Source of the DNA: Candidatus Falkowbacteria bacterium RIFOXYA2_FULL_47_19
Lineage (GTDB): Bacteria > Patescibacteriota > Patescibacteriia > Patescibacteriales > UBA12075
Reading direction: 5' to 3'
Assembly: GCA_001780275.1 (NCBI GenBank)
Contig: MFGB01000023.1
Location: forward strand, 5,375-69,374
DNA length: 64,000 nucleotides
Below, piece by piece: positions 10,284 through 19,716 of the stretch. The position numbers and the translations under genes were made by a program. The notes beneath the pieces were generated by a model, which saw only the letters and a program-made list of their open reading frames with translations, was not told the origin of the DNA and made no database searches. Numbering within the stretch: the stretch's first letter is position 1; each line of letters begins with the position of its first letter.

Positions 10284-10672
10284 AAGAGATCTTTTATTCT
10301 CTTTTTTGTTTCCTCAAATTCGTCCTCAGGCAAGTACCTCAACTTTCTGACCAATCTTTTGCTGCTTATTAGCCTTAGCTGTGATAACAAGATCGAATAA
10401 TCGAAATCGTCATAATTTACGACGTAATAAAATCTTCCCTCTTTCTTTTTACTGGACATCGGCACTCCCCAAAATACTTCCGGTCCGAATTTTCTAAGTA
10501 TTAAAACAGGCCTCTCGAATTTCGCGTTTTTACCATCCTGTTCAAATCCTATATTCGATCCTAAGCTGGCCCACCATATTTCCCGTTCCTTAAAATAGAC
10601 GATATCGTTTTCGTTTGATTCTATCCTGATCTTAAGTTTTGTCCACTCGATAATTCGTCTTAATTTTTCCAT
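10280..10672 (-). CDS. PemK/MazF-like toxin, no adjacent protein antitoxin
   Basis: EREIWW..LG.NIGFEQDGK...FERPVLI and LSQLRLISSKRL motifs. Confidence 0.8.
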   Translation of the reverse strand: MEKLRRIIEWTKLKIRIESNENDIVYFKEREIWWASLGSNIGFEQDGKNAKFERPVLILRKFGPEVFWGVPMSSKKKEGRFYYVVNYDDFDYSILLSQLRLISSKRLVRKLRYLPEDEFEETKKRIKDLL

Positions 10673-10958
10673 AAACTAATTTCATGATATAATATTTAAA
10701 TCATCAATTAGAAACATATATCATTGGTAATCCTGCCCGTGGATACGGGTCCGATATCCGCAAGTCTCGCCCAACAGCGGGATTTTTACATTTCGGCCAA
10801 TCTGCATTTTTACTATGATAATTATAGACTAGGCGGAAAATCCATATTTCCCCTAAACTATACCACCAAATCCCCACAAAATCAAGAAAAAGGACTAAAA
10901 ATAGCGCAGATATGAAATTTTCCTGGATTTTTTATAAAGAACAGATTAAATTACGTTT

Positions 10959-10987
10959 AAAAACCCGCGAAATGGTCGCGGGTTTTT
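10959..10987. terminator. Intrinsic terminator, near-identical to the one at about 14089-14114
   Basis: AAAACCCGCGA-AATGG-TCGCGGGTTTT. Confidence 0.75.
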
Positions 10988-11015
10988 ATGAAAAAAATTA
11001 AAAATCTCTTCTGAA

Positions 11016-13304
11016 TCAAGGATTAATGGTATTAGGCAGGGTCACGGTCAGGCTGTCCGAGCTTATAATGCACTCCTCATAACCGTAAGAATAATCACAG
11101 CCGTCGATATACGCGCTTAAGCCCAGAGTGCCGCCGTAATAAAGCTTCCACCAGTCGTCGTACTGGTACTGCGGCCAGCCGTCGTGGTAAACGACCGTGG
11201 ACCAGCCGTGCATCGCCTCTTTATGCCCCGGCACCCAGTATTCGGCGGGAGTGAACACGATCGGGATAGCGATCATTTCCCCCGGTTCCAGGGGCGGAAC
11301 CGTGATAACGGTCGGTTCGAACATCTGGCCCTGGAGCGGCTCCGTTATCGCCACGCTTTCGCCGTAGGGCTCGATATTATGTATTGAACTGCCGACCGGC
11401 CCGGCGTTATGGGCGCCGTTGTAGAAATAAAGCCGATAGGGCGCTCCGGCCAGGCCGCCGCCCGGAAGATTATTCCTTTTTATCTCGAGCGTCACCTGGG
11501 CATTGCGGTGGGTGGCTAAAGGATCCGGATGCGCCTTGACCCCGGGAGGCAGGCACAAGGGCTCGATCCCCTGCCTATGGGCCTCTTCCGCGCCTAAGCA
11601 GGCCGGGTTCGTGTTCTTCTGGCTGTCCAAAACCTGCCTTAGCTTATCCTTGATCAACTCTTTGCAGGCGACATCGGGGCAGCCGGCCTGGGCCGCGATC
11701 TCGCTCGCCAGATAATCGAAGCCGCCGTCCACGAGCTCGTCGAAATTCGGGATCGTCGGCGGAATGCCCATGGCCGCCAAACCGATATCGAGGCCGGCGC
11801 TGATTGCCATCTTGCAGGCCGGGTCTCCGCCGCAGACCGCGCCCGCGACCGCGTCCACGACGGCGGATTTTAAGGCGTTATAGGCCTCCGATATCCAGTT
11901 CAGGCCGCTTTTGGCGAAATCCCAGAACAACTCGTACCATGCCTGTTCGCCGACCCCCTGATAGGTCGCCGGGCAGACGCGGTCGCCCGCCTTCTTGTTG
12001 ACACCCATACCGACCCAGTCGGTATCGAGGATCACGGCGCCGGTGCAGACGCCGGGCGCGGGCGCGCGGATCGGCTCGAAATCCCTGATCTTCACTTCGT
12101 ATATCTTGGCCGGCGCGTAAAACTCAAGGTCTGACTGCTCTTCTGGCTCGGTCAGCGTGATCTTTGCCTCGTTCGTGGCCGCGCCGACGACCCGGCCGTT
12201 CTTGGTCGGTACGACCCGCAGGTAGTATTCGTTATGGGGAATCTCTAGATTGGCGATCAGGCTTTCCTTATCCGCGGTCATTACCGGAGTCGATTTATAA
12301 AAAATTTTTGCCGCGAAACGGACCGGCGCCATGACCACGGCCTTGATCTTCGCGATGAGCCGATGCCAGAAACCGGTTCCGGCCTCTGCGGACGGCGCCG
12401 GACGGGCGCTTGCGGACGGCGGCGCCAGGGTATCGGAGTCCGCGTTATAGAAGGCGTTTGACGCGGCCACGGACAGTTTTCCGGACAATCCGGCCGAAAA
12501 ATCCTTGAGGGCCGCGGCTGACAGGCCCACCAGGCCGGCGTCGAAAGGCGATACGCCGGTAGAGATCGGCCGCGAATAAACTATACGCGGATCGTCGTTA
12601 TTTACGAAAGAATAATATGACACCTGCAAAAGACCCTCTTTAATATCGTCCCGGCCGGTGCTATAGCGGATATCCCGGTCCCGGTTATCCGACCGGACGG
12701 AAACCTCGCGCTGCCAATGCGTCATACCCATATCCCCCGAACAGCCGCTATCAAGGCCGCAGATATCGAGTAAGGCTCCGACGTCGACCTTGGAAAAATC
12801 CAGGGACAACGCGCCGGCCGGTTTCTCTTGGGCCCGCTCGATATCCGGCGCGATCACCGGCTTAAGCGGTCCCGCGCCGGTCGTTAGATCGTTCGAGGCG
12901 GACGGAGCGGACGGCGCTGCGGTCGGCGTAGGCGTTACGGACGGAAGCGGCGGCAGGACGGAGCCTGATTCCGCGGTACCGGTATCAGGTACAGTGTCGG
13001 ACGAATCGGTTTCGGCCGGAACGGCAGGCGCCGGCGCGGCCGCCGCGGCGCCGTCGGTCTCCGGTTCTTCGGCCGGAGGGGCATCTTCCGGAACCGGGAC
13101 AATGACGGTCGAGGTGGCTAAGAGCCCAGGCTCATCGGGCTCGGGCGTGACTATCGGCCGGACGGAAGGGGTTATAGCCGTGAATTCGAGATCGGTCGGA
13201 GCGACTATCGGCTTAACGGTCCTGAAATCCAGGGCCAGGGCCGGGCTTACGGACGAGAAGGCGAAAACCGCCACCAGGCAGACGACGATGTTCTTTTTAA
13301 GCAT
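11016..13304 (-). CDS. Large secreted protein with a Pro/Ala/Thr-rich linker and Cys-containing C-terminal domains
   Basis: 762 aa; signal peptide ending ALA; low-complexity linker; no recognisable family. Confidence 0.75.
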   Translation of the reverse strand: MLKKNIVVCLVAVFAFSSVSPALALDFRTVKPIVAPTDLEFTAITPSVRPIVTPEPDEPGLLATSTVIVPVPEDAPPAEEPETDGAAAAAPAPAVPAETDSSDTVPDTGTAESGSVLPPLPSVTPTPTAAPSAPSASNDLTTGAGPLKPVIAPDIERAQEKPAGALSLDFSKVDVGALLDICGLDSGCSGDMGMTHWQREVSVRSDNRDRDIRYSTGRDDIKEGLLQVSYYSFVNNDDPRIVYSRPISTGVSPFDAGLVGLSAAALKDFSAGLSGKLSVAASNAFYNADSDTLAPPSASARPAPSAEAGTGFWHRLIAKIKAVVMAPVRFAAKIFYKSTPVMTADKESLIANLEIPHNEYYLRVVPTKNGRVVGAATNEAKITLTEPEEQSDLEFYAPAKIYEVKIRDFEPIRAPAPGVCTGAVILDTDWVGMGVNKKAGDRVCPATYQGVGEQAWYELFWDFAKSGLNWISEAYNALKSAVVDAVAGAVCGGDPACKMAISAGLDIGLAAMGIPPTIPNFDELVDGGFDYLASEIAAQAGCPDVACKELIKDKLRQVLDSQKNTNPACLGAEEAHRQGIEPLCLPPGVKAHPDPLATHRNAQVTLEIKRNNLPGGGLAGAPYRLYFYNGAHNAGPVGSSIHNIEPYGESVAITEPLQGQMFEPTVITVPPLEPGEMIAIPIVFTPAEYWVPGHKEAMHGWSTVVYHDGWPQYQYDDWWKLYYGGTLGLSAYIDGCDYSYGYEECIISSDSLTVTLPNTINP

Positions 13305-13334
13305 AAAAAATAGTATTTATAGAGTTGATAAAAT

Positions 13335-13985
13335 TTATATTTCCTTAAACCCGTCTTTCGTAATCACTAAGTGATCCCTAAGCTCGATCCCCATAAGCCT
13401 GCCGGCGTCTTTGAGTCTTCGGGTAAGATCAATATCGGCCGCGGACGGCTCGACTCCCCCGGAGGGGTGGTTATGGGCGACTATTATCGAGGCCGCCAGG
13501 TGCTCGACCGCCGGATAGAAAACCTCCCGGGGATGGACAAGGTTCGCGTTTAAAGTGCCGATCGAGATCGTTTCCTTATGGATGAGCTGGTTCCGGGCGT
13601 TGAGGTAAAGGACCGCGAAATGTTCCTTTTTGGCCGCCCGCAGTTCCTGGAGCTGCGCCACCGCGTCCTTGGCGCACGAGATCGTCGGCAGATTATTATC
13701 CTCGTGCTCTATCGCCCGTTTCGTAAGCTCGAAGGCCGCCAAAAGCAGGCAGGCCTTGGCCGGGCCAATACCCTTTATCTTCGACAGGGTATTATAATCC
13801 AGGGACAAAAGCTTTTTCGTCGGGAATTTATTTAAAATATCCCGGGCGACGGCGAAAACGTCCCGGCCCTCGATTCCCGTCCCCAGGAGTATGGCCATAA
13901 GCTCGGCGTCGCGCAAATTGACCGCGCCTTTCCCGATCAATTTTTCCCTGGGCTGTTCGTGTTTGGCTAAATTTTTTATCGGCAT
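13335..13985 (-). CDS. radC: RadC/UPF0758 JAB-domain protein
   Basis: PREKL..KG...L.DAEL.AILL.TG, HhH KGIGPAK, HPREVF, HNHPSG...PS.AD, DH. Confidence 0.92.
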   Translation of the reverse strand: MPIKNLAKHEQPREKLIGKGAVNLRDAELMAILLGTGIEGRDVFAVARDILNKFPTKKLLSLDYNTLSKIKGIGPAKACLLLAAFELTKRAIEHEDNNLPTISCAKDAVAQLQELRAAKKEHFAVLYLNARNQLIHKETISIGTLNANLVHPREVFYPAVEHLAASIIVAHNHPSGGVEPSAADIDLTRRLKDAGRLMGIELRDHLVITKDGFKEI

Positions 13986-14088
13986 ATTTTCTTACTTTAA
14001 AATATACCACCAAACTCTCTTAAAATCAATTAAAAAACCGACCAAAAAATAGTTATAAAATTTTTATGATGAAGAAAAAATCAATTTT

Positions 14089-14114
14089 AAAACCCGCGAA
14101 ATGATCGCGGGTTT
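14089..14114. terminator. Intrinsic terminator (second copy)
   Basis: AAACCCGCGA-AATGA-TCGCGGGTTT. Confidence 0.7.
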
Positions 14115-14208
14115 ATATGAATAATAGAAAAAACATACTATTTCCTGATCATCCTGATAGTCATATATTATATAAAAGATTCTTTAAAAAATTCCAAGAG
14201 TAAGTCTT

Positions 14209-14251
14209 TGTCATCCTGGGTTCCGCCCGCGGCGGAAACCCGGGATCCAGG
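14209..14251. repeat. REP-like hairpin of the GTCATCC...GGATCCA type
   Basis: TGTCATCCTGGGTTCCGCCCGCGGCGGAAACCCGGGATCCAGG: long hairpin with an internal TTCCGCC..GGCGGAA stem. Confidence 0.5.
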
Positions 14252-14287
14252 TATTAAAGCATTGTACAAATTATATGATATTATTGT

Positions 14288-14509
14288 TTAAAAATTTAAT
14301 ACATTGGGATAGAATATTTTATTAACGCTATTCATCCCTGGGACCGGAAATTTTCCCAGGATATCCCGGGCGACCGCGAATACGTCCCGGCCCTCGATCC
14401 CGGTTCCCAAAAGGATCGCCATGAGTTCGGCGTCGCGCAGATTTTCCGGACCGCGCTCGATAAGCTTTTCGCGTGGTTTTTCGTGCTTGGCTAAATCTTT
14501 TATGGACAT
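14288..14509 (-). pseudogene. radC: Truncated radC paralog (N-terminal about 56 aa only)
   Basis: [52 protein letters not shown], then unrelated; about 60 bp upstream is nearly identical to that of 13335-13985. Confidence 0.8.
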
Positions 14510-14682
14510 ATTTTCTTACTTTAAAATATACCACCAAACTCCCTTAAAATCAATTAAAAGACCGACAAAAAAACCGCCCTTTCGGTCGGTCTTTTTTCAA
14601 GCGTAAAAAATATTCTACCTGGCTCTTTCAAATTTCTCTTCGATTTCCCGGTCGTCCTTCTCTCCTCTCGCGGCCGTTCAGC

Positions 14683-15378
14683 TTAATTGATCCAGTGCCC
14701 GGCCGGCAAAGCGTTGCAAGCGGCGGCGGCGTAGGGCTGGACCTCGGCGGTATAAGGGTCGCCGCCGTAATCGTAGTGCCAGGTAACGATCTCGTCTGCG
14801 GTTTCGGCGCCTATGCGGCAGCCACCGATCGTCGGGCGCGGGCAGGGCGAAATCTTAAAAGCGCCGCCGCAATTCAAGGCCGCCCTATTGCCGGACCAGT
14901 TCGCGCCGATATATTCAACGCAGGTACTGCCGTCGCCGATCCGGTCGCATGACCCGCGGGCCTTGTTTTTGAGATCCTCGCTTAAAGTTATCTCCTCGCC
15001 CGAGTCGGGGCTCGTGGGCTCATCCGGGTCGATCTCTTCGCCGGAATCGGGACCGTCCGGACTCTCATCAACATCGATCTCTTCGCCCGAGTCCGGCCCT
15101 TCGTTAACATCGATCTCTTCGCCCGAGTCCGGTCCTTCGTTAACATCGATCTCTTCGCCCGAGTCCGGTCCATCCGGCTCTTTATCAAAATCAATTTCTT
15201 CGCCGGAATCGGGACCGTCCGGACTCTCATCAACATCGATCTCTTCGCCCGAGTCCGGCCCTTCGTTAACATCGATCTCTTCGCCGGAATCGGGACCGTC
15301 CGGCTGGAATGACAAGGCGCAGCCGGAAAAAAAGACCAGGGCCACGAGCATTAATAAAGTTAAATAAGTTTTTTTCAT
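14683..15378 (-). CDS. Lipoprotein with 8 acidic PDSGEEI repeats and a Cys-rich C-terminal domain
   Basis: Lipobox FSGC; GPDSGEEID x7 plus SPDSGEEIT. Confidence 0.8.
   Translation of the reverse strand: MKKTYLTLLMLVALVFFSGCALSFQPDGPDSGEEIDVNEGPDSGEEIDVDESPDGPDSGEEIDFDKEPDGPDSGEEIDVNEGPDSGEEIDVNEGPDSGEEIDVDESPDGPDSGEEIDPDEPTSPDSGEEITLSEDLKNKARGSCDRIGDGSTCVEYIGANWSGNRAALNCGGAFKISPCPRPTIGGCRIGAETADEIVTWHYDYGGDPYTAEVQPYAAAACNALPAGHWIN
14990..15300 (-). repeat. Coding tandem repeat, 36-45 bp units
   Basis: Recurring ATCGATCTCTTCGCC(C/G)GA(G/A)TC(C/G)GG on the + strand. Confidence 0.9.
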
Positions 15379-15409
15379 ACGATTTTTTTATAAACGCGGG
15401 CTCTCCGGC

Positions 15410-15892
15410 TTAACTCTGCACCTCGCCCGCGATCACGACATAATTATGCCCGTATTTTTTTTCGCATTTCGGGCAAGTCGTGTACCACATATACATTTTT
15501 TTGACGGCCATTCCCTTTTCTTTGGCATAATTCTCGAAGTCCTGGCACCATTTACCCGTGTCCTTGAAGGGACCCTCGTAAACTTTAAAAAGGAACTTTC
15601 CGCTTAAAGTCACGTTCTCCGCGCCCGGCACGTCCTTATCGACCGCAAGATAAAGATCCATGTTCCATTTCGAAGTATGGTCCGACAAACAAAGATTATC
15701 GGATGTTTTCGCCCCGGCCGCCTCCGTCTTGGCAACCATCCTTTTAATGACCGCGCCGAAGTTGATCGGCATATAGAACAAGGTAAAGACCTTGTCTTTG
15801 ATGAATTTTTTGCCTTCCCATTCGAATACCTTCCCGTCCCAGGGGGCGGGATCGAATTTAGGGCAGCATTCCTGGTTTTTTTCCTGATCCAT
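15410..15892 (-). CDS. Conserved hypothetical protein (putative hydrolase family)
   Basis: CCPKFDPAPWD, KVYEGPFKD and YTTCPKC.KKYG.NYVV motifs. Confidence 0.7.
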   Translation of the reverse strand: MDQEKNQECCPKFDPAPWDGKVFEWEGKKFIKDKVFTLFYMPINFGAVIKRMVAKTEAAGAKTSDNLCLSDHTSKWNMDLYLAVDKDVPGAENVTLSGKFLFKVYEGPFKDTGKWCQDFENYAKEKGMAVKKMYMWYTTCPKCEKKYGHNYVVIAGEVQS

Positions 15893-16024
15893 AAATTTAT
15901 AAATATAACTTAATTACTCCTTGATTTTACCACCTTATTCCGATATAAGCAAAAAAAATCGGCCCTTTTCGGACCGGGACGGAAAATTAAAAAGGCTCTT
16001 TATATAAGAGCCTTTTGTTTTGCT

Positions 16025-17062
16025 TTATTTACCGTCTTGGGCCACTTTTTGCAGGCCCATGACGTTCAGTAGTTCGTTAACGTTGGTGGTCTTGAGGTTC
16101 ATGCCTCCTTCGCCGCCGACGGGCAGGAGAAAGATCTTCTTTCCCTGGAGCGCCTCGGCCAGGCGGAGCTTAACGATCGCTTCGCCGCCGCTGCCGGAGA
16201 GGGCCTTGTTCATCTCGTCGATGGCTTTGGCTTCGGCAATGCCTTCGGCCCGGATAGCTTTGGCGATATTCGCCTGCTGATCGTAGTAGGCGTCAACCTC
16301 GATCTTGGCTTTGCGGAACTGGCCGTCAACTTCGGCCATCGCCTTGTTGACCTCGCCCTGCGCGTCCTCGACTTTCTTCTTGTAATCCTCGAAGGCCGCG
16401 TGCTGGGCGGACCGGTTTTTCCCCACTTCCTGATCGGCGATCTTTTTGTCTTCGATCGCCTTCTGGTATTCGGGATTGAATCGGTAATCCTTGGTAAGGA
16501 CCCGCTCGACGATGATACCCATCGGATCAAGGATCTCGTGCAGAGCGGCCCGGGCTTTCTCGGCCTGTTGGTCGCGCTTTTCGGCTACGTAGAATTCCTC
16601 GGTCGTAAGCTCGCCGAAAATATCGCGGGGCTTCGAGCGGGCGACCGCCCGGAAGATCTTCTGCCGGAGCGTCCGGTCGTTAGGGGCCACGTGTTGGCGG
16701 ATATAAGGCGCTTTAGCCGGATCGATCCGGTAAACTATGATCACATCAAGCCCGACATCGTTGCCGTCGATCGTTTTGAAGGGCAGGTCGTCGCGGCTGG
16801 CGCGATCGCCCTTGCCCTGCTCCAGCGTCATCTCGACGTTTTGGAGTTTCGCGTCGAAGGTGTCCCAGTCGTTCACGAAGGGGAGGAAAAAATAGGTCGA
16901 GCCAGGCGGATAGGCCTTGTCCTCGACGCCCTTGTCGCCGAAGATGGCGATTTTCCTGGTTCGGACACCGATTTCGGTTTCGCCGGTCGTGTGAGGCATG
17001 CACCCAAAGAAGACGGGCAGAAGGAATACGGCCGCCAAAAAAGACATCACGTGTTTTTTCAT
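16025..17062 (-). CDS. SPFH/band-7 (prohibitin/HflC-like) protein
   Basis: N-terminal anchor; T.DGN.V..DV...YRI; F.PEY.KAIE.K; Ala/Glu/Lys coiled coil. Confidence 0.85.
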   Translation of the reverse strand: MKKHVMSFLAAVFLLPVFFGCMPHTTGETEIGVRTRKIAIFGDKGVEDKAYPPGSTYFFLPFVNDWDTFDAKLQNVEMTLEQGKGDRASRDDLPFKTIDGNDVGLDVIIVYRIDPAKAPYIRQHVAPNDRTLRQKIFRAVARSKPRDIFGELTTEEFYVAEKRDQQAEKARAALHEILDPMGIIVERVLTKDYRFNPEYQKAIEDKKIADQEVGKNRSAQHAAFEDYKKKVEDAQGEVNKAMAEVDGQFRKAKIEVDAYYDQQANIAKAIRAEGIAEAKAIDEMNKALSGSGGEAIVKLRLAEALQGKKIFLLPVGGEGGMNLKTTNVNELLNVMGLQKVAQDGK

Positions 17063-17063
17063 G

Positions 17064-18161
17064 CTATTTGCCCTCCCTGATGTCGAAGAGTTTAAGGTCC
17101 TTGTCGAGGTCGAGCGGATTTATTCCGTTCGCGCCGTCGCTCGGCAGAACTATGGTCTCGAGACCTTTATACACGTCGGCCATTTTAAGGCCGACCATGC
17201 GCTCCGCGCCGGCTCCCTGCAGGGCTTCGTTCCGGAGTTTGACCTTGCTTGCTTCGGCCAGCTGGACGAGAAGGTCCGCTTCCGCGCGCTTGGTGCGCCT
17301 GTACTGCGATATTTCGCCCATCTTGCGGGCGACATAAGCCTGGCCTTCTTCCAGCCTGACGGCGACATTGGCCCTGCCTTCCTCTTCCGTCTTTTTGACG
17401 AGCGCCGCTTCCTTCGCCGCCGCGGCCCGGGACTTGTTCGTGAAGACCAGCTGGTCTTTGAGTTTCTTCTCCTCGATATTCCTCTGGATCTCAGGGCTGT
17501 AGACGAAATACCGTACCAGCACCTGATCGACCTCGATCCCCTTGGCCGCCAATTCGGCGTTCAAGACTACCTTAGCCTCGTTGGCCTTGTCTACGCGCTT
17601 AAAGGGGTTATAGAAATCCTCGGTCGTAAGCTTGCCGAGAGTGGCTTTGAGAGCCGGTTCGGCTTTCGGGATGATGCCGTTGTCCTCGAAAAGCTTTCCC
17701 GGACCGATCTTGGTGAACGTCAGGTACGGGTCTTTAATGCGGTACAATATCGAAACGTCCACGTCCACGAAAAAGCCGTCCGAAGTCTGGATATGAGCGG
17801 CTTTCTCTATTCTGGCGCCCAGGGCGGCCGAATCGGAATACTTCGTCAGTTCCAGAACCTGCTGGTTCCGGGGAAGAGCGAACATCGATTGCGTACCGGG
17901 GATAACGGGGTGCAGGCCGGGCCCATAGACCTTTGTCTGGACGCCGCGATGCATCCCTATCTTGACCACCTTGATCCCGTATTCATCGGGTTCGATATAT
18001 ACTGTGCAGATAAAATAGGCGATCATGAGCAAAAAAAACGCTCCGGCCGCGATCTTTAGTTTCATTCCGGCGCCATGGAGCGCCTTAACGAGCACTCCTG
18101 CGGCTTTCTTGCCCTTGCTGGGCCGATCGTCATCATCCTCGTAATCACGTTTTCCGAACAT
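17064..18161 (-). CDS. SPFH/band-7 protein, partner of the adjacent gene
   Basis: YIEPDEYGI, YGPGLH, TSDGFFVDVDVSILYRI; coiled coil; 1-bp gap to the partner gene. Confidence 0.85.
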   Translation of the reverse strand: MFGKRDYEDDDDRPSKGKKAAGVLVKALHGAGMKLKIAAGAFFLLMIAYFICTVYIEPDEYGIKVVKIGMHRGVQTKVYGPGLHPVIPGTQSMFALPRNQQVLELTKYSDSAALGARIEKAAHIQTSDGFFVDVDVSILYRIKDPYLTFTKIGPGKLFEDNGIIPKAEPALKATLGKLTTEDFYNPFKRVDKANEAKVVLNAELAAKGIEVDQVLVRYFVYSPEIQRNIEEKKLKDQLVFTNKSRAAAAKEAALVKKTEEEGRANVAVRLEEGQAYVARKMGEISQYRRTKRAEADLLVQLAEASKVKLRNEALQGAGAERMVGLKMADVYKGLETIVLPSDGANGINPLDLDKDLKLFDIREGK

Positions 18162-18488
18162 GCTTTTCTCCTTTCAGTTTCATCGTTTTTGAAAAAAACA
18201 AAAAAAGCCTTTTACACCTCCTTTCCCAGCGTGATAATATTTTCATTTTTAAAAGACCGTGAAACTTCATGATAAAGAAGTTCATGAAATATTAACAAAT
18301 AATTAAAATTTTGTCAATAGCTTGCCCTTAAAAATATTCTTTAAAAAATATTTAATATTAGATAAAAATAAAAAATAACTTTAAATACCGCTTGATTTTT
18401 TTTTAATTATGTGCTTATATAGTAAATAATATTCATTGATCGGTTCTTTTTTAAAAAGCCGCAAACCAACGAAAAGGAGAAAAAAAAC

Positions 18489-18872
18489 ATGAACGACAAG
18501 CTCGGTTCAAGATTATCGGCCTTGGCGATCAACCGCCTGTGGTTTTGGGTGTGCCTCGTCTTCGCCCTTTGCCTCCTGGACCCGCTGCCGATCGATCCCA
18601 TCCCGTTTTTCGGGGTACCGGGAGCCGCGGTCAGTTTGATCTTCTTTTGGATCTCCTATCACCTCCATTTCAACCGCCACAAGAGGCTGCGGATGTCCGC
18701 CATCGCCGCCCTGGCCGAAGAGGGTAACCTGACCGTAAACAAAGTCGCGGACACTCTTAAAATAAGAAAAGAAAAGGCGGAGAGCCTTCTGGAAGAAATG
18801 CTTGAACAGGATATGCTCACCCGAACCGGCGAAAAAAAGAAAAAAACCACCACCTATTCCTTGCGGCCGTAG
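18489..18872 (+). CDS. Two-TM membrane protein with a C-terminal winged-helix-like segment
   Basis: AGGAG RBS; two hydrophobic segments; LTVNKVADTLKIRKEKAESLLEEM. Confidence 0.65.
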   Translation: MNDKLGSRLSALAINRLWFWVCLVFALCLLDPLPIDPIPFFGVPGAAVSLIFFWISYHLHFNRHKRLRMSAIAALAEEGNLTVNKVADTLKIRKEKAESLLEEMLEQDMLTRTGEKKKKTTTYSLRP

Positions 18873-18975
18873 GACGTAAATAAAACGCAAAAAAATCTCC
18901 CGACTTAAAAAGCCGGGATTTTTATTGCTTAAAAATTTATGATTTTAAAACGGAGTATCCCGGGTCCCGCCTGTC

Positions 18976-19716
18976 TTAGATTGCTCCCGAGGTCGTGCTT
19001 GATCTTTTCGGCTTTTTTATGGGCAATGCGATCTTTCTCTCTTCTCTCGAATAAAATCTTTCCAGGAAATAAAGCTGCCAGGTAACCGCCGCGATATCAC
19101 AAAACATCTTAAGCCTTTGCCTTAAGCCTAGGGATAGTCCCCGCTTTTCTTCTTTCGTGACCTGGGTCAGATTCGGCATCAGGCTGAAGCTCATGGCGTG
19201 GCCGTTCTTTTTGGCGAAATAGTTCAGGGCGATCTCTATCTGGAAATCTTTTTTGTACCGCTCCGGCACCTGCCTCCAAAGTTCCCTGACAAGAACCCTT
19301 TCACCGCCCAAAAACGGAAAGAAATGCATGATCCTGTTAAGCGCCTCTATCCGGCGGTCGCGGATAGCGATATACATCCGGTACCGTCCCGAAAGGACCG
19401 GCCGGATCATCTTCTCCAGGGTATCCTTATCGAGCCCCTTAATATCGGCGTCAAGGAAACAGATGAATTCGTGGCGGGCAAGAGATACTCCCTCGCGCAT
19501 CGCCGCGCCCTTTCCCATGTTTTTTGTTAACCGATAAACTTCCGCCCCGGCTAAAAGTGCCCAGGAAGCCGTGTTGTCGGTCGAGCCGTCGTCGATCACG
19601 ATCACCTCCCCGACGGCCGGATGGCTTAACGCGGCTTTAACGACCCGGGCCACGGTCTTTTCTTCGTTAAAAGCCGGGATGATCACTGATACTTTTTTAA
19701 AAACCTCTTTAACCAT
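18976..19716 (-). CDS. Family 2 glycosyltransferase
   Basis: VSVIIPAFNE, VIDDGSTD, GKGAA, FLDAD. Confidence 0.9.
   Translation of the reverse strand: MVKEVFKKVSVIIPAFNEEKTVARVVKAALSHPAVGEVIVIDDGSTDNTASWALLAGAEVYRLTKNMGKGAAMREGVSLARHEFICFLDADIKGLDKDTLEKMIRPVLSGRYRMYIAIRDRRIEALNRIMHFFPFLGGERVLVRELWRQVPERYKKDFQIEIALNYFAKKNGHAMSFSLMPNLTQVTKEEKRGLSLGLRQRLKMFCDIAAVTWQLYFLERFYSREERKIALPIKKPKRSSTTSGAI

Noticed and set aside
16998..18059. Long + strand ORFs (353 aa here; also 16400-17080, 12790-13374, 43280-43948, 32913-33590)
   Set aside because: Antisense shadows of well-supported GC-rich minus-strand genes; no motifs.
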